The position numbers were made by a program, and so were the translations under genes. This document shows positions 38,911 to 53,615 of a DNA stretch of 64,000 nt, piece by piece. Position 1 is the stretch's first letter, and each line of letters starts with the position of its first letter. Origin of the DNA: Phoronis australis (Eukaryota > Animalia > Phoronida); NCBI GenBank assembly GCA_002633005.1, contig NMRA01001035.1:2423-66422 (forward strand), read 5' to 3'. The notes under the pieces were generated by a model. The model saw nothing but the letters and a program-made list of their open reading frames with translations, made no database searches and was not told where the DNA came from.

Positions 38911-41099
38911 GAACTATTGACTATTGACAAAATTTGATCAATTATTCAAAAACTGGTGTTGTACCTTCTATCTTACACACTAAAGATGAATACACGCAAT
39001 TTCAGCTAAAAATTCTGTTCATACTGTTAAACTTGTGTCTAACGTAAGGTCTGGTGCACTTCTTTTGTTATGCATTTAAGATGAAGATGCCTGATTTTGA
39101 CTGGAAATATATTTCGGCAATTTTTTGTCTTTATTTGAGCTTCACGCATCTTATTTCCTGTCAGCAAGTGAAAAAGTTGCATAAACATGCATTTAATGCT
39201 AGAATAGATGCAAGTGAACTCTTTGCACTGATTTATCTGGCAGAATATTTCAGTGGTTTTCATTCAGTTTTGTATGCAAACGTGACACTGGTGTTTTTGA
39301 AATTTTCATTTTTGTTTATTAAAGGAGGCGCTTTTTGATATCTTCTAAGAACTGCATCTTGTATTAGACTGTGGGCATCAAATTCAACTTAAATGTCTTA
39401 ATTTCAGGTCAGAGACAGTTCTCAAACCATTTAGTAAGGGGTGATGTCATCCAATTTGATGACGAGAGTGGCAATGGGTGGCTGGTGGACCCTTCCTTGA
39501 AGAAGTAACAATTAAACGGGATGATGACACAGTAAAATGATACTGCGAGCAATAGGATTTCTCCAGGTTTGTTCTACAATACTTCTTGCTGGGATTATTT
39601 TTGTGATTACTTGCCGAACGAAATAAAACATTTTATGACTAAGAGCAGATCTTTGTTTAAGGTCTGGGCAAAAATGTATTTTGAAGTATATTTATTTAAA
39701 ATATAACTGTTACTTGCACGCTCAAAAAGGTCATATTGATGCTATTTTTATCTTTGACATCGCAGTCAGGAATAAAAAGTTCTCAAACTCCAAGGAAGTT
39801 TGTCATACGAACTGCAGTTACGTCAGCGGAACAAGTAGTGGAAGCGGGTAGTATCTGAATGCAGAACTGCGGTGTTCATTACCGTAAAAGTTGAAATGCA
39901 TTTATTGGAATGCTGTCAATTGGACCTGAGTGTCACTAGCGTGCAGATAATATAGTTAATTTTATATACTGTTTTGCTTGAGCATTTAGGTTTCTTAGTG
40001 AGCAATGTTGTTTCTAATCTGTGAATGACACATGTGTCTTCAAAGACCTGTAAGACAGTTCACAGCAGAGGCAAGACCGTATAATTTTCTTAGTTTTATC
40101 GTTTTAGGCTTTTTCAGTTAGTGTTGATGAACCAAGCTTATCACAAAAGAAAAAGACAATGAATGACAGAAATAGCATATTAAGTTATTGGAGAATGTTC
40201 TTGATTACTGACACAACACTCAATGTATAACATACGCATCACCATTCCACCAGATAAACAAACGCAGATAAACCAAATTATCCCCCTTGACCGAAAGTCA
40301 CCCAAACAGGCAGGCCACAGTGGATTTTTAATAATCCATGTTTTGCAGTATAACCTTGTTTCAACTGCTCAGGAGACTCAAACAGATGGCACATCTCAAG
40401 TGAATGAATCTGTGTCCTTTTTCATGAATGGAAAACTCTCTAGATGTATATACAAGGTATGTCCCGAACACATAATTTCTCAAAATGATGAGTGCCATTC
40501 TTTCATATTCATAAATGGGCCAGTTGTCAACTGGCAGTCACCCATATTCACCTTGTTCTTTGATTTGTTTATGTTTATTTCCCTCGCTGATGAAAATTAC
40601 TTGCGGGATTGAAATCACTGTCAAATCCCTCTGACCCATTTCTACTGTCACAAGTTGAGTTCCAAGATAAAACGCAGATCTAGTAGTGGGTGGTCTGCCC
40701 ACTGCATATCAGCCGTAGGCTTATGTAAAGTGAGATTTTCAAGCCTGTGTAAAGTTGGTACTTTTCAGTGGCAGATGTCAAAGAGTGACCAGTGGGGGTG
40801 ACCTTGGGGGGTAATCGGGGTTTTGTATATTGGGTGGGGTCTTTTAATGAAAGAACGGAATCGTTCCTCTATGCGACGGCAGTCTGAAAAGACAAAAGAA
40901 CAGTTACATAGAGCAAGAGAATTGAGCAGAATCAGTTTAGTTGATACTCTTCAATTTAGTCCATTCATGAAGTTCATGTTTTTCTAAGATATTCCCAAAA
41001 GTCCAAGAAAGCTTTGATTTTTACCCGACTTAATCTTTTTCAGATCACAGAAATACCAAAATAATCTTAGGCACCGAGAAATCACTCAGTCAAAGCCTA

Positions 41100-43330
41100 G
41101 ATGTGTTATCAAGAAATCTCAAGAAAGCCAGCGGTAGTACTGGAATTTAAAAAAGAGAATCAAGAATCAAATGAATGTAAGTGTCCAGAAGATGAGAAGA
41201 ACAAAAGAATAAGACCGAAGACGTAATGTCAGTCCAGAAGTACAAGCAAAGGAGATGCCTGGTAGCAGCTCATCGCACAGCCCATATAAAACTAAAGTTG
41301 CTTTATGAAAGGCTGTGAGCAGGATAAACAGTGCAGCTCCTAAGTCACCTGCCAAGTTTGCTACAGCTGCAGCAAAAGTCATTACGTCAGCATCACCTAC
41401 AAAGTACTTAGAAAGAAAAGGTATTAAAGATCCTGAAGAAACTATATTGCACCACAACACCATAGCAAATGTAAAATCTATGCTGAATAACCTTTTGGAG
41501 AAAGGTAAAAAGAAAGATCATACCATTCGAACAGCTGTTGTAAGGAGTATATCAAGCAGATATGAGAGTCTTTGTGAAGTTGGAAGAATGCTAGGGATCA
41601 GGAAGTAATACCTTATAAAATACTCAGTACTATCAGAGGAAGAAGACAACGAGGTCAGATGCCATTCCCGAATCAATCAAAAAATCAGTCAATGACTTTC
41701 GTCATACACCCCGAGGTATCTGTAATCCTGCAAGATTCAAAGAAAGTCACCAAACAAGGAAGTCAGTACGTGTTAGATAAAACGGTTGAAGAAACATGTG
41801 AAAAGTCCTGCTAAGATTAATGCTATCAAATCAATGCAACTAGCAGAAATGTATCACGGATATGTAATGAATTGCAAGAAACTTTGTAGATTATTGGATT
41901 TTTTATTTGACATTTATTTTGTTATATTAGATGAGCACATCCATGTTACTGGGTAACACAGGAGTCCATTGTACTTTTGTCACATTTTCTTTGCTTGAGC
42001 AATACAATGAGTGATAAATCCGATTTGTAGTTGTTAGTTACGTACATACGTTATGAAATACAAAGTGTAAATTCAACAGTTGTTGTTATTTTTGTGTTTA
42101 TGAGCACAAAATCAGCCCATTTTGAAGAAAAATGGTGGCAATTTTTGGGACATCGGACACTGCTACTCAAACTTTTTAATGAAAAACGGGCATTATCATA
42201 TCGAAAGTTAATATTAATAAGTATAAGCTTCAATGATCAGAAAGAAACATCGTTTTTCATTGATAATACTACAGTGGGGCAGTTTTTGGATGTTTCAAAT
42301 TTGTCATTTTGTTCATTACATTTGGTTTCCGCCGACAGCCGGAATTTGCTTAGATTCGTTACAAAAGTATGGTGATGAGTCACTTGATTGAAGAATTCTA
42401 AAAGAATGTTTGAAAGATGGTTAATGTGTCACAAATGCTTTTAGAAACGAAGCATGTAATCAATTTTATCTCACAGGCCAAATTAATGAGCTCACTTGAA
42501 CTCGTTTCCGGTTGTAACAAACATAGTACACGGCGTTGTTTATAAATCGCGTAAGCTTGCACTGGGCAAAATGAACTATGAGACTCAGACTTAGTTTGCA
42601 CATGACCCCGATTCATAGAAATTGACAAATTAAGTGCCATCATTTCCGTTTACGCGGGAGTAACGCAACGTCATTTTTTTGTCAACTTTGTCGCATTGAA
42701 CAAACGTGAGGTGCCTGTCACCAAACTCATCATGTTTTCTGATGCTGCACCAGGCCAATACAAAAATAAAATAGCATTCACAGATTTATCTCACATAGAA
42801 GAAGCTTTTGGGATTCCAGAAGCCGAACGACACTAGTTTGGAACACGCCATGGCAAGGGACCTTGTGATAGAAAATTTGGAATCCTCAAGTTTGCCGTGT
42901 CGAGGGCAATAAGGAATCGTAGGGCGGAAATTGATTCCCCTTAGCAGTTCTTTGATTTCTGTAAAAGAAATTACTCAAGCCTGTAGCTGGTGAACACTGC
43001 CACTACAAACGAGAGTTTGTATATGTTCAACAAAATGATGTTGATCGCCAAAGACAACGGGCATCAAATGTCAGGGCTGTGAAGGAAACTCAAAACCAGC
43101 TTTGCATATGCACGACAGTTCCATATGTGGTTTCTTTTAGAGAGTTGAGCTGTTTTTGCGAGCCATGACTGGGTTTGGGAATGGGCACGTGCTCAAACCT
43201 CGATGTCACAGGGAACTGGAAAACAGTGTCACTGCTGAAGAGACAAAGAAATGCTCGGCAAAATGTTCCAGAAGAGCCACAAGATGATGAATGGGTCCCT
43301 TCCTCCTCCCCAGAAGCCAATGTGGATGAA
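41100..43330 (+). mobile_element. Degenerate Sola-like (Sola2-type) transposase
   Basis: Catalytic-type motifs MFSDAAPGQYKNK (about 42733) and FGTRHGKGPCD (about 42838), plus C-terminal FRELSCFCEP. Stops and frameshifts. Confidence 0.65.
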
Positions 43331-43529
43331 ATGGACCAGGCAATTTTATTTTTAAGGCAGAAACACTTTGCTAAAAAGTTTGTTCTCTTAAAACAGTTTA
43401 TTTAAGTCTTTGAATCTTTCTAGTGCCTAGCAGATAAATATCTAGACTGTCTGGCATTTTGTAGGACACTTTACCACTATCACCAACCATTTCCGTGGTG
43501 GATCACCACATTAGATAGGTGTATGGGAT

Positions 43530-44050
43530 TGGCTTCAAGTTACAGAAAAAGTTTAAAAGAGCTACCTGTCTCTCACATTTGGTGGGAAGACAAAAAAGAA
43601 AGACGCCTTGCCAGTCAGAACAAAAGAAATCATTGCTCGTTGGTCGTGCCATACCATCTGAGAAGGAAGTGAAGGCGAAGAGGAGAGGACACTATGAATG
43701 TCAAGTAGAAGTATTAAGAAAGTTCAGTGCAGTGTCATGGTTTGATAACAAGCCGATCACTCTGGTCTCCTCGTTTGCTGGTGCACAACCTGAGGATACA
43801 GTGGGATCGGCATTCCAAGTCGTTTGTGAACATAAAACGACCATTCCTAGTTGGCGAGTACAACAAATATATGGTAGGAGTGGATCTGTTGGATGGGCTG
43901 ATATCGAAATACAAGTACATGATAAGATGTTGACGGCGGTACTTGTATTTGTTTTGGCAAACTGTCAAAATTTCACTTGCCAATGCTTGGTTGGTATACC
44001 AAAGACACTTTAAGCTCCTTGGCCTACCAGAAAAGGAAATGATGAAACTC
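43530..44050 (+). mobile_element. piggyBac transposase fragment
   Basis: WFDNKPITLVSSF..WDRHSKSFVNIKRPFLVGEYNKYMVGVDLLDGLISKY..LFW..ISLANAWLVY across one frameshift and one stop. Confidence 0.8.
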
Positions 44051-46479
44051 TATACTAGAATAGCTTGGTAAGGACGGCACACAACAAAGACGTGCCATGT
44101 TGCTGTAGTAATGTCCACCCTTCCACAACAAGGGGTGAGGGATGCTGGTTCGCCATACCCTCAGATATCGTATACGGCTAAGGCCCGCAAGCCACCTGGC
44201 CGGCCTTTAAGGGTCGACGAACATCTAGGGCTTCACAGTCCACATCCAAAGCCAAATCAGGACCAGTCCTTGATTTGGTCACTTGTCGGCATCCTTGGCC
44301 CCCTCACAGTTTTTTCAATACCCAACTGAGGTACTCAGATTTGTAGTGTGACGGACATGTTGGATGAATGGAAAATTGCTTGGTCATGAAACGAATCTTT
44401 TTTTCTCATGACCAGTTCTTTTTCTGAAATTGTTTTGAAAGGCCCCAAGTACAAGTTAGATTAAAAATTTTACATTTGGGGATATTAATTGTTATTTGTG
44501 GTCTAAATACAAAGATTTTGCTTGATTTGTGTTGCAGGAATTCAGGTCACGTGACATGATTATGACAATGTGATTGGTTTATTTGCCAAATAAATAAACA
44601 GTGGCTGCCAAACAAAGAACATCCGACTAACTAATGTAAACAGTGCACCTTGCTGGATGAGCTAAACTTTTGTGAACATTTTTGAAATCCTGTTATATCT
44701 AACTTGTAATGATAAATTTCAACATGAAAGTTTGTTCTTTATTTTCAACATATATTTATGGTAAAAGTGGTTTCTTAACATGGAGTAAACACAATTTCAC
44801 CACAGGAAACTTAGATGGAAACAAACTTCCTTGACAAGTGATAGTAGATGTCATTTTTGCAAAACACTTCATCAAAATTGTTTTCAGTGCTGAAACAAAG
44901 TGCATTAATGTTACCAAATTTTTAGTTCGTTTTAATACGCAACCAGTGGAGTACAATTACCTTTTGCATTCCAAAAAGGACTTCCTTTTGGTATAAATAT
45001 TCAGAATCACACATTTCGACATTTTTTTCTTTTCAGACTCCACATACTGTTTCATTTATGTGGCAAGTATTTTCACCATCAAACGATTTTCAGCGAATTT
45101 CTGCAGAACTCTGCTCTTGCCTGTGGAGTGCTCCAGAAAGCTGTGGCTGTTGATTTCTCAACTGAAGTGGCAAAAACATAGCTTCAAGTTCTGGGCTTAC
45201 TTGGAAAGCTGGTTACTGGGCCCTGGATGACACGTTTTTACCAGCCCAGCACTGATGTCAACCACCTGGAAGCCTTCATGTGTCATAGATGACTGTCAAG
45301 TCGTCCTTGAGTGTCCGTCTAAGACCTTATCGACATCTTTCGACTTCTTTGGAGAGGAACTGGACAAAGACGAGACCCTTGTATCATAGCAGGTGACCTC
45401 GTACAACATAGGGCTGTTTGACAAGGTCATGACGACCTGTCTAGAGACCATAATTGAAGTTCTTGAAAGGCAATACATCTGGTACTTTCAGATTGAGACT
45501 ACAGAGGAGCTAAAGAAAGCAACTCAGCAAAACTCCATAATATGGATAGCGTAAGGAGGAGGTAATGGGCATTTTCAGTGCTATCCAAGCCAAGGAATCG
45601 AGTGCGACTCTGGATTACCTGTCATGCAAGATACGTGCCACAAAGAAGAAAACCGTACAAAGGCTCAACAGAACACCCAAAGTGGAGAGAGATCGAATCA
45701 TCTGACCAGCCAGGTCCAAATTCGAGAGTTGACTGTGTTACGGTATAAAATAATTTTTTTGGTCACTTACCAAATGCCAACTGAATATTATATGCAAAGA
45801 GTTATTTATTTGTGTAAAATAAAAAAAGAATCATCAAAGTTAGACTATGTTTTAGAAATTTATGCATGTTTTTGTCTATAAATTTCATGCATTTTTAGCG
45901 TTAGGAGTGGCCATTCTAAAAATTACAATTTTCAATTGTCAGCAGTAGAAAAGAAATATATTTTAATAAGTATGCAATTGCTTTGATATGACACAAAGCT
46001 CGATACGCATTTTTGTTATAAAAAGCGTACATGTATTTACAATAAACATGATACTATGGTTATTCAAGTACATTTAGGTAATTAGTTGATTACTAATTAA
46101 TACTTGTTTTCTGCATAAACAAAAAGGTACGTATTGTTACTCTTAATTAAGATCCCGTCACTCTAGAATCCTATTAGTGTTACCTCTAGAGAAAGAATTG
46201 CGTGAAATCTTCTCAAAATTAATTAACTTAATTACAATCACTTAATCATTCCAGTTGAGAATTGTTTTGGTGTTTATCAAAACAGATTCTAAATATTACT
46301 ATCTTTCAAACAAGAAAAGTTTCATTTGAATTGGTTGAGAACTGGCGAAGTTATGATAAGGTTGTAAAAAATTACTAACATAATGCGGCTTGCTCTAGGC
46401 TAAAACAATGGGACAATTAGTAGCTTCAAAAGCGATTGCTACAATGCAAAATCTCTAGAAGTACTTCAGGTACAAGGAA

Positions 46480-47400
46480 TTGTTTGCAATTCGTAAAGTT
46501 GACTTTGTAGCTGCTGGAAGAGATATTGCGTCGCAACAGCGTAAAGATCCCCATGTATCATTGTTATTGACCTGGTTGGAGCAGGGGGTCTCTCCTGATG
46601 ACGGGGAATTATTTCTAGCTAGCAAGGAATCGAAGACTTTGTGGGTTAATCGTGATCGGTCCTTGCTTAAGGATGTTTATGTTCTCTCTAAGCAAAAAGA
46701 GGATGATAAACTGCTTTGCTTTATTCCCTCTTCATTACGACGAGAGATACTTGCTATTAGTCATGATATTCCATGCTCAGGTCATCAAAATGTAGCTCGT
46801 ACTACTAAGAATATGAAAGCTAAGTATTATTGGCCAGGAATGACTTCGGAGATTAAGCAGTACGTTGGTTCTTGTGACAGGTGTGGTCTGATTAAGAAAC
46901 CCAATAGATATCCTAAGAAGCCCTTAGATATATATCAGGCATCTTTACCAATGGATCGGGTGCATCTAGAGTTTTTAGGTCCATTGCTGGTGACTCCCCG
47001 TGGGAAGGAGCATATATTAGTCATGGTTGATCAGTTCACAAAGTGGGTGGAGTGTATACCTGTTGAGTCTGAGACAGCGGAGGTTACCGCTCAGGCTGTA
47101 GTGGAGCATTTCTTCTCCCGTTTTCAATTTCCGCTTCAGATCTTTACAGATAGGTGATCTAACTTTGAAAGCGAACAGTTTACTCAACTATGTATTTTAA
47201 CAAGAGTGCATAAATCTAGTACGACTGCTTATTGACCTAGTGTTAATGGACAATGCGAGCGGTTTAATCGCACTTTAATAGATGCAGTGCGATGCTACAT
47301 GGATAAGAAGCAGTCAGATTGGGACCTCTTCATTCTACAGACAGCATGCGCCCTACGATGATGTGTTAATCTGAATACTGGTTTTAGTCACAATTATCTA
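46480..47400 (+). mobile_element. Ty3/Gypsy integrase fragment (HHCC zinc finger plus DDE core), pseudogenised
   Basis: HDIPCSGH..CDRC, RVHLEFLGPL, LVMVDQFTKWVE, IFTDR*SNFES and NGQCERFNRTL, with in-frame stops after 47157. Confidence 0.9.
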
Positions 47401-47899
47401 GTACTGACTTGTATTTAGTAAAATATTCACTTTACCTCAATATTTAGGATTTGTCAAAATACATTCCATTTTATGAATACGCATGTGTAAGAAGTGGAAA
47501 TTTGGTGTCCATTATCAAAAGATTTAATCGAGCCCTTGTCTCTTAGCTGACACCAATTTCTCATCTAATTCACCTGTAGTCACTTCTGATTGGTCACATT
47601 GCTCTATCTGTATAACCAAAGATACATAATTTTCCAAATATGCATTGGAACCCCATTACAATGGGGCCTAATTTAACTAACATGGCTAAAGTTTTAACAC
47701 CGTTAAGGTACCTAATACCTGAATCATTCAACCTCAAGAATAAGACTGGGGAAAACATGTGGGGATTTAAAATACAGCATTCTATTGGGAGATCTGTTAT
47801 GCCTACTTTCCATAAAATTCTATTGCAGGTCTATGCAGAAATTGTAAGCGTTAACCAAAGAAGTTAGCCACTGTTGTTCAGCTTACTACAGAAAGAGTA

Positions 47900-49000
47900 C
47901 AAGAAAGTAGTTAGTTAATGAATTGGAGTGTTGTTACACAAAACCTTTTTCTGAGATTCTTGGTTCCCGGATTAAGTGAATCAACATTTAATGATCGCAA
48001 AACAGTAGTTGTTGTAGATTTGTAGATTTTTATTTCAGTTGTATTGTGGCTGCTTATGAACCTCGTAGACAAATAAAAATGCCGTGCATTCAGCGAATTT
48101 TGCGTCTCTGAAGTTTTACTGCACAAGTTGTCCATAATTACAGGAGTATGTAACTACAAGGTTTGCAAATTGCCTCAAATATAAACAGGGCTGGTGGGCT
48201 TGTAAACATTACTGATGGACTGTAACACTGTCCTTGTATTTGCAGACAAAACACTTAGCATGTATGCTGTATTTACTGTCTTGTCAACCATGTCTCTCAG
48301 ACAAAGTGGATTTGACTCCATGCACAGCAATTTTTGGGTGCACAAGTTATGTTTTGCGAGTTTGGGCCAGAGCTTGCGAGTCAATGGATAGCATTAAGAG
48401 ACCTTGAACTATGTTTATTTGAGGAGCTATGTTCATAAGTGCACAATCTGTTTAGTTCTGCACCAGTTATTTCACCACAACTGTCAACATTTGAAAATTC
48501 CTCTGAGAGGGAAGACTGCTTGTAATGAAAGCTTAGGTACTCCAAATAGGTCATAACAGGATTTTTATAGTTGCTCCGGGTTGTTTTAGTGACCACGGAG
48601 GCAAATTTTGAAAGGTGCATTAGGTAAAAATATTGAAGATGCAATTGTATTCCTTTTAGCCTGAAAAGCATGTACTAAAGCAAAAATTTTCTCAGTCAGC
48701 ATCGTGGCATGAAGAGTGTTGGATCTTGTCTTAACTTTATGGCATTTCGAAGCCGTGGCAATGCTATATATCAAAGTTCATGGTTTTCCAGGTTTTAGTA
48801 GTGAATTTACATTTTGCTTAATTGATGACACCTTTTGTTTTGAGTGCTGCTTACACACAATGAGGGTTGCATGCATATGTGAGTGGCCATCTTTCCAAGC
48901 TATTTTGAATGGTGAAAATAAATACTTTGGGGAAAGGCTATTGATGGAAAATATAATTCTTGTGTTTACGGATTAATTTGCATATAATTGTAATATTTAC
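47900..49000 (-). mobile_element. Possible highly decayed Mutator/MULE-like transposase
   Basis: Fragmentary minus-strand peptides (ATLIVCKQH as a CxxH-like motif; C-terminal LNVDSLNPGTKNLRKR). Weak match. Confidence 0.3.
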
Positions 49001-51639
49001 AGGCAAATTTTTCAAGTGGAAACGAGGGGGACCAACCATCATTCTGGCTGCCCACGCCTTTGCCAAAGATCCATAAGTCGAATCAGTTTCTCACTGCTGC
49101 ACCTGATGGAAGAGTCAACCCTGTTAGGACCCAGCTTCTAACTGACATCGATGAATTTGCCAAAAGGTCCTAGCGATATTACAAGCAAAAAGCCAGCAGA
49201 GCATTATCTGTAACCCATGAATGTATTGCTCCTGGTCATAGTGATGTTCTGAAGAACGTCTCTCACCTCAGCAGATTAAATACTTTCCTGTTTAGCAGCA
49301 CTCAATCATTCTGGGAAACTTGCACAGTTTGATGCCTTTGGAATGAAAAGAATCGCTGAGGAAGACCGTCGATTTGAACTGTGACAAAAGATTGTTGAGT
49401 CAATGGAATTGCCGCAGTAGCACATTTTTCATGTATGCAAGACTCAAAGACATTTGAAATACAGTATGTCAAAAGTAGTCAGACAAAATGCTATTTCCAT
49501 TTTGTGACGTGTCATCTGTGCTGACTAAAGGTGTCTCATTGTACACTTAATTTGCTCGCATTTTGTAAATGTGACATTTGTTCTTTTCTATTTACTTGAT
49601 TTGAAGCGTGTAATTAGCCTATATCAGCGTCAATATAGTATTACTATTCTCTAAACCACTTTGGTTTTTGTTTAATGTTTGGCTATCTTATCGTTTTGCT
49701 ACATAAGTACAGTATAACCTGCTCTGCTGTATCTCTATGTCTAACATAATACACAATAATTTAAATCAGGACAGTTTTTAAATATTGCCCAACTTTGTTC
49801 CAAAATTTCTTTGCAGCATTACCCAAGTTCACCTTAATGCAGTCGTTAATGTTAACTTAGTGTATTTTATTTTCGTTTTGCTGCGCATGCATTGTCTTAT
49901 GATTTTTCAATGAAGTAGCTGACACTACATGTATCAGTCTCGAGATTTCTGAATTTTTGGAGTCTGACTGATGGTAAGCACCAAACACCATTGCATACCC
50001 ATACTAAACCTCGGGCGGATCCAGGATTTTGAGTTGGGGGCAGGGCACAGAATTTCGCCACATCCGCGCGCCCACCCTAAAATGTAGGGATGCAGGGTTC
50101 TCGAATTTTTGGGTTTGAGGACCTTATTACTAAAAAAATCCGGTAAACAGGGTTTGTTGAAGGCCAATGCATTGTACATTCGCCCCTGGAGCCCCCTGGG
50201 TGCGCGCATATGCTAGTCAGCAATTCGTACCCCAAACTGACAAATGGTATCTGGGAGAATTTTAGGGAATCCGCCATTGAAACTGTGATAGATGCAAAAA
50301 ACATCTCAACTGATTTTTCTGCTATCTTGCGTGTTTTTTGTGAAAATGTCTACGAACCTTCCGCAAATACATCATTCTATGCGTTGTTGGTGAAAACTAA
50401 AAAACATTGGTATCCATAGTGCGAAAATATTCAGACATCCATATGCCCATCTGGGCATGTGCTGTTTGGGGACTTTCCTTAATGAGAAGTTTAAGAAAAG
50501 TTATTCAACAACGCCAATTTCACCGGTAGTCGACTATCCTTATAAGTTTTTCTAACCTCATTTCACAGCATCTATCCCATACCATTTCAACATATCTCTT
50601 TTTTATGACCAACTACTTTGCTGTCTGATTTGTTCGGGTTAAGTGATATACACTGTATGGAGATGCAGTTGTCTCCTTCCGGCCCAATACACCTATTATA
50701 ATTGTTTTGATAAAATTCGTTGAATTGAGATGCGTCAGGACACGATCAACCGACTTCGAGAACATTAGAAAACTAAATTTCAATCAGACCCACACATTAA
50801 AATTTCAGAATTCGAGTTCGCAGTTATGTATAACTGGACTTACTTTATAGATTTTTTACTCACAATGCATTTTGAAATGGTGACTACGGTATATGCACAT
50901 GCTATTGGCAGCGTTATCGTCAGGATCAAAGGAAACCAACGTGCCTTGTTGTGCTTCTCATTCTTTTCTGTAAAATAAGAAAATTAAAGCTCTCTTGATA
51001 TGTTCGATCGCCTATTTTAATATTTCAAAACTGTATTTTAAATCCTTGCATACATTTGTTACTATGCAGACATTGGTCAGTTGTACAATTTTGGTGAGGT
51101 GCCCTACTTCTAGAGCCCGATGCGGTATGAAGAAGGTTGATTGCCTAGACTTTTTATGGTTATATTTTGTAGAGCTCAGATCAATCTCAACACTGGTTGT
51201 AGTTTTGTTGTTTTAAATTTGGCTTCAGCTGAGATATTGAGGCAGGAAGTAGGGCAATTTTTTCAACATTTTGGAATCACCGCAAACTAGCTAAACTGGT
51301 AGCCTTCAAAAATGGCTAAGATGTAACTGAAACCGTGACATTTTCTATGACTGGCAAGTTGAAAGACACCCCAATTCAGTGATAAACTTGAAGTGTTTCA
51401 TTTTGCACTATTGTTCTCAAGGTAAGTTCGCAAAAAGTGCCAAAACGTAGCTGTAACGAGACTTGGCATTGGCAGAAAAACAACACGTTCCCATAGCAAC
51501 CACAAGGTGGCGCACACAAAAAATTAATGTTGGTATGAAGGTTGGGGCATCAACCCCTACCATCATGCAAACAATCGAGGAAATCCGTGACATAGCCTTT
51601 ATCACTTTTCGCCTGGTCCATTCGTGGACGTGCTCTTAA

Positions 51640-53130
51640 TACACTGTAGTTTTGCTTGCAAGTTTACTTGGTCCAGTCTGTCAACGGCCGAACCGAGTGC
51701 ACTATGACGTCATCAAACTCGCAGGTTGACATGCAAGAGGTCCGGACACCTACTTGAAGCCAATGGAAAGTATTCATTTTCATTTGACACTTACCCAGCA
51801 GCTTCAACAAAACCTTTTACCTCTTCTACGTGTCTTTAGAAAATTATCAACCAATTTTGAGGCTCAATACACTGTAATTGTAGTTTTACTTGCAAGTCTA
51901 CTTGGTCTGGTATGTCACAACCGGACCAAGTGCACTGTGACGTCATCAAACTGACAGAATCAGAATATTCCCTAAGATATTTCACTTTTTATCCCAAGAG
52001 TGCTTCTTCTGTTAACATTTCCGATGTCTACAATGCTTTGTCGTGCTTTTCGCTGTTCAAAAATCACTACGTTTTCTGGCATCGTTCACGTGGCGTGATA
52101 CCACGCTGGGGTAACCCTATGTTGTTTGAGTATATGAAAAGCTGTCAAATTTTGTTTTCTTCTAAAATTGGGGTTGTTTTCGGGTTGCATATTGATATAA
52201 ACCAGCTTTTAAAAAATAATGAAGGCGTACTGGCATGGTCCCTGGCACGGTCACTCTAGTTACCCTGAACCAAAGGACACATTCGCGCAAAAAGCAAAAA
52301 TGACAGGAAGCACTTATTTTCTGTTTTTCGTCACAGAGAACTTTATTTCACATAGCTTGTTGACTAAAAACGTCAATACAGGCTGAAATGATCTGTGTTC
52401 AAAACTTTACTCGAGAAAACAGGCAAAGTAAAAATACTCATGTTAACTGCCGATAGTTCAACAATGAAATCACACAGCAATGACATGTAAGAAAATGTAA
52501 TGCCAGGTACTAAAGAAACGATTACAATAATAACAAGAAGCAAGCATAGGACAATCGTACCCCGTCGCTTTTTGTTTGAATTTAGATTGCGACCTCCTGG
52601 ATATAAAACCAAAATCATGACGATGTCTTATCAAAGCCGGAAATCTAAAAAAATGAAACAACTCATGAAATATTTCGATTCTGCGAGTTTGATGACGTCA
52701 CAGACAGCGCACTCGGTCCGGCCGTTAGACCGGACCAAGTAAACCTGCAAGAAAAACTACAGTGTATTGAGCCTTAGAAATTTGGTCGATAACTTTATAG
52801 ACATATAGAAGAGGTAATAATTTCTTTCCCAGCTGCTGAGTACATGTCAAATGAAATTGAATACTTTTCATTGACGTCAAGTATGTCCGGACTTCCTGGT
52901 AGCCATCCCGGGAGTTTTGTGACGTCACAGCTCACTCGGTCCGACCGGGGAAGAGATCGGACCAAGTAAACCCTCAAGCAAAACTTCAGTGTATTGTGCC
53001 GCAAAATGGGCTGATAACTTTCTAGAGACATGTAGAAGAGGTAATGGTTTTGTTGGAGATGCTGGGTACTCATAAAATGAAGTTAATTATATACTTTTCA
53101 TTGAGTAAGTATGAGATCTGGATCTCCTGC
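51640..53130. repeat. Inverted arms of tandem ~235-bp repeat units (foldback-like)
   Basis: Motif GTTTACTTGGTCC..CCGAGTGCACT.TGACGTCATCAAACT occurs forward near 51662 and 51895 and inverted near 52681 and 52910. Further inverted copies near 55470 and 55637. Confidence 0.75.
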
Positions 53131-53615
53131 CGTAGCAAGCCCAAGTAAAACTTAGAAAGAATTTTTATACTTTATGTTGAGACGCTAACAACGTCTGACT
53201 ATATTCTGTGGAATAGGCATGAAGTTGTCAACGACCAGTAATTACATAAATAGACGAAAATTTTGCCACTCAAAACATATTGTTAGACCATTGCCTGCAC
53301 GGTTGCTCAACACTCAGCCAAGTGAAACTCTATGAATCGGAATGCTTCAGTTTTTCTTCAAAGATCGCTTCTTCTAAAATAGTTTCCTGTGCTTTTCATT
53401 GTTAAAGAACCATTTCCTTTTCTTGTATTGCTCGGCACTTGGCTTGACACCACAAGTCGGTGGCACGCTGCCGGCTGGAACCACGTCAGATGGCAACACT
53501 CCAGGTTATCGATGTTTCGAAAATTCTGAGTCGTAATAATTTTCGTCTATACTTGCAATAACTGATCCTTAACAACTTCACATCAATTTCACTTTATGTA
53601 ACAACTTCATTGCAG

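Noticed and set aside
51640-53130. CRISPR-like repeat array
   Set aside because: Eukaryotic context; units are long, degenerate and inverted, with no unique spacers or cas genes.
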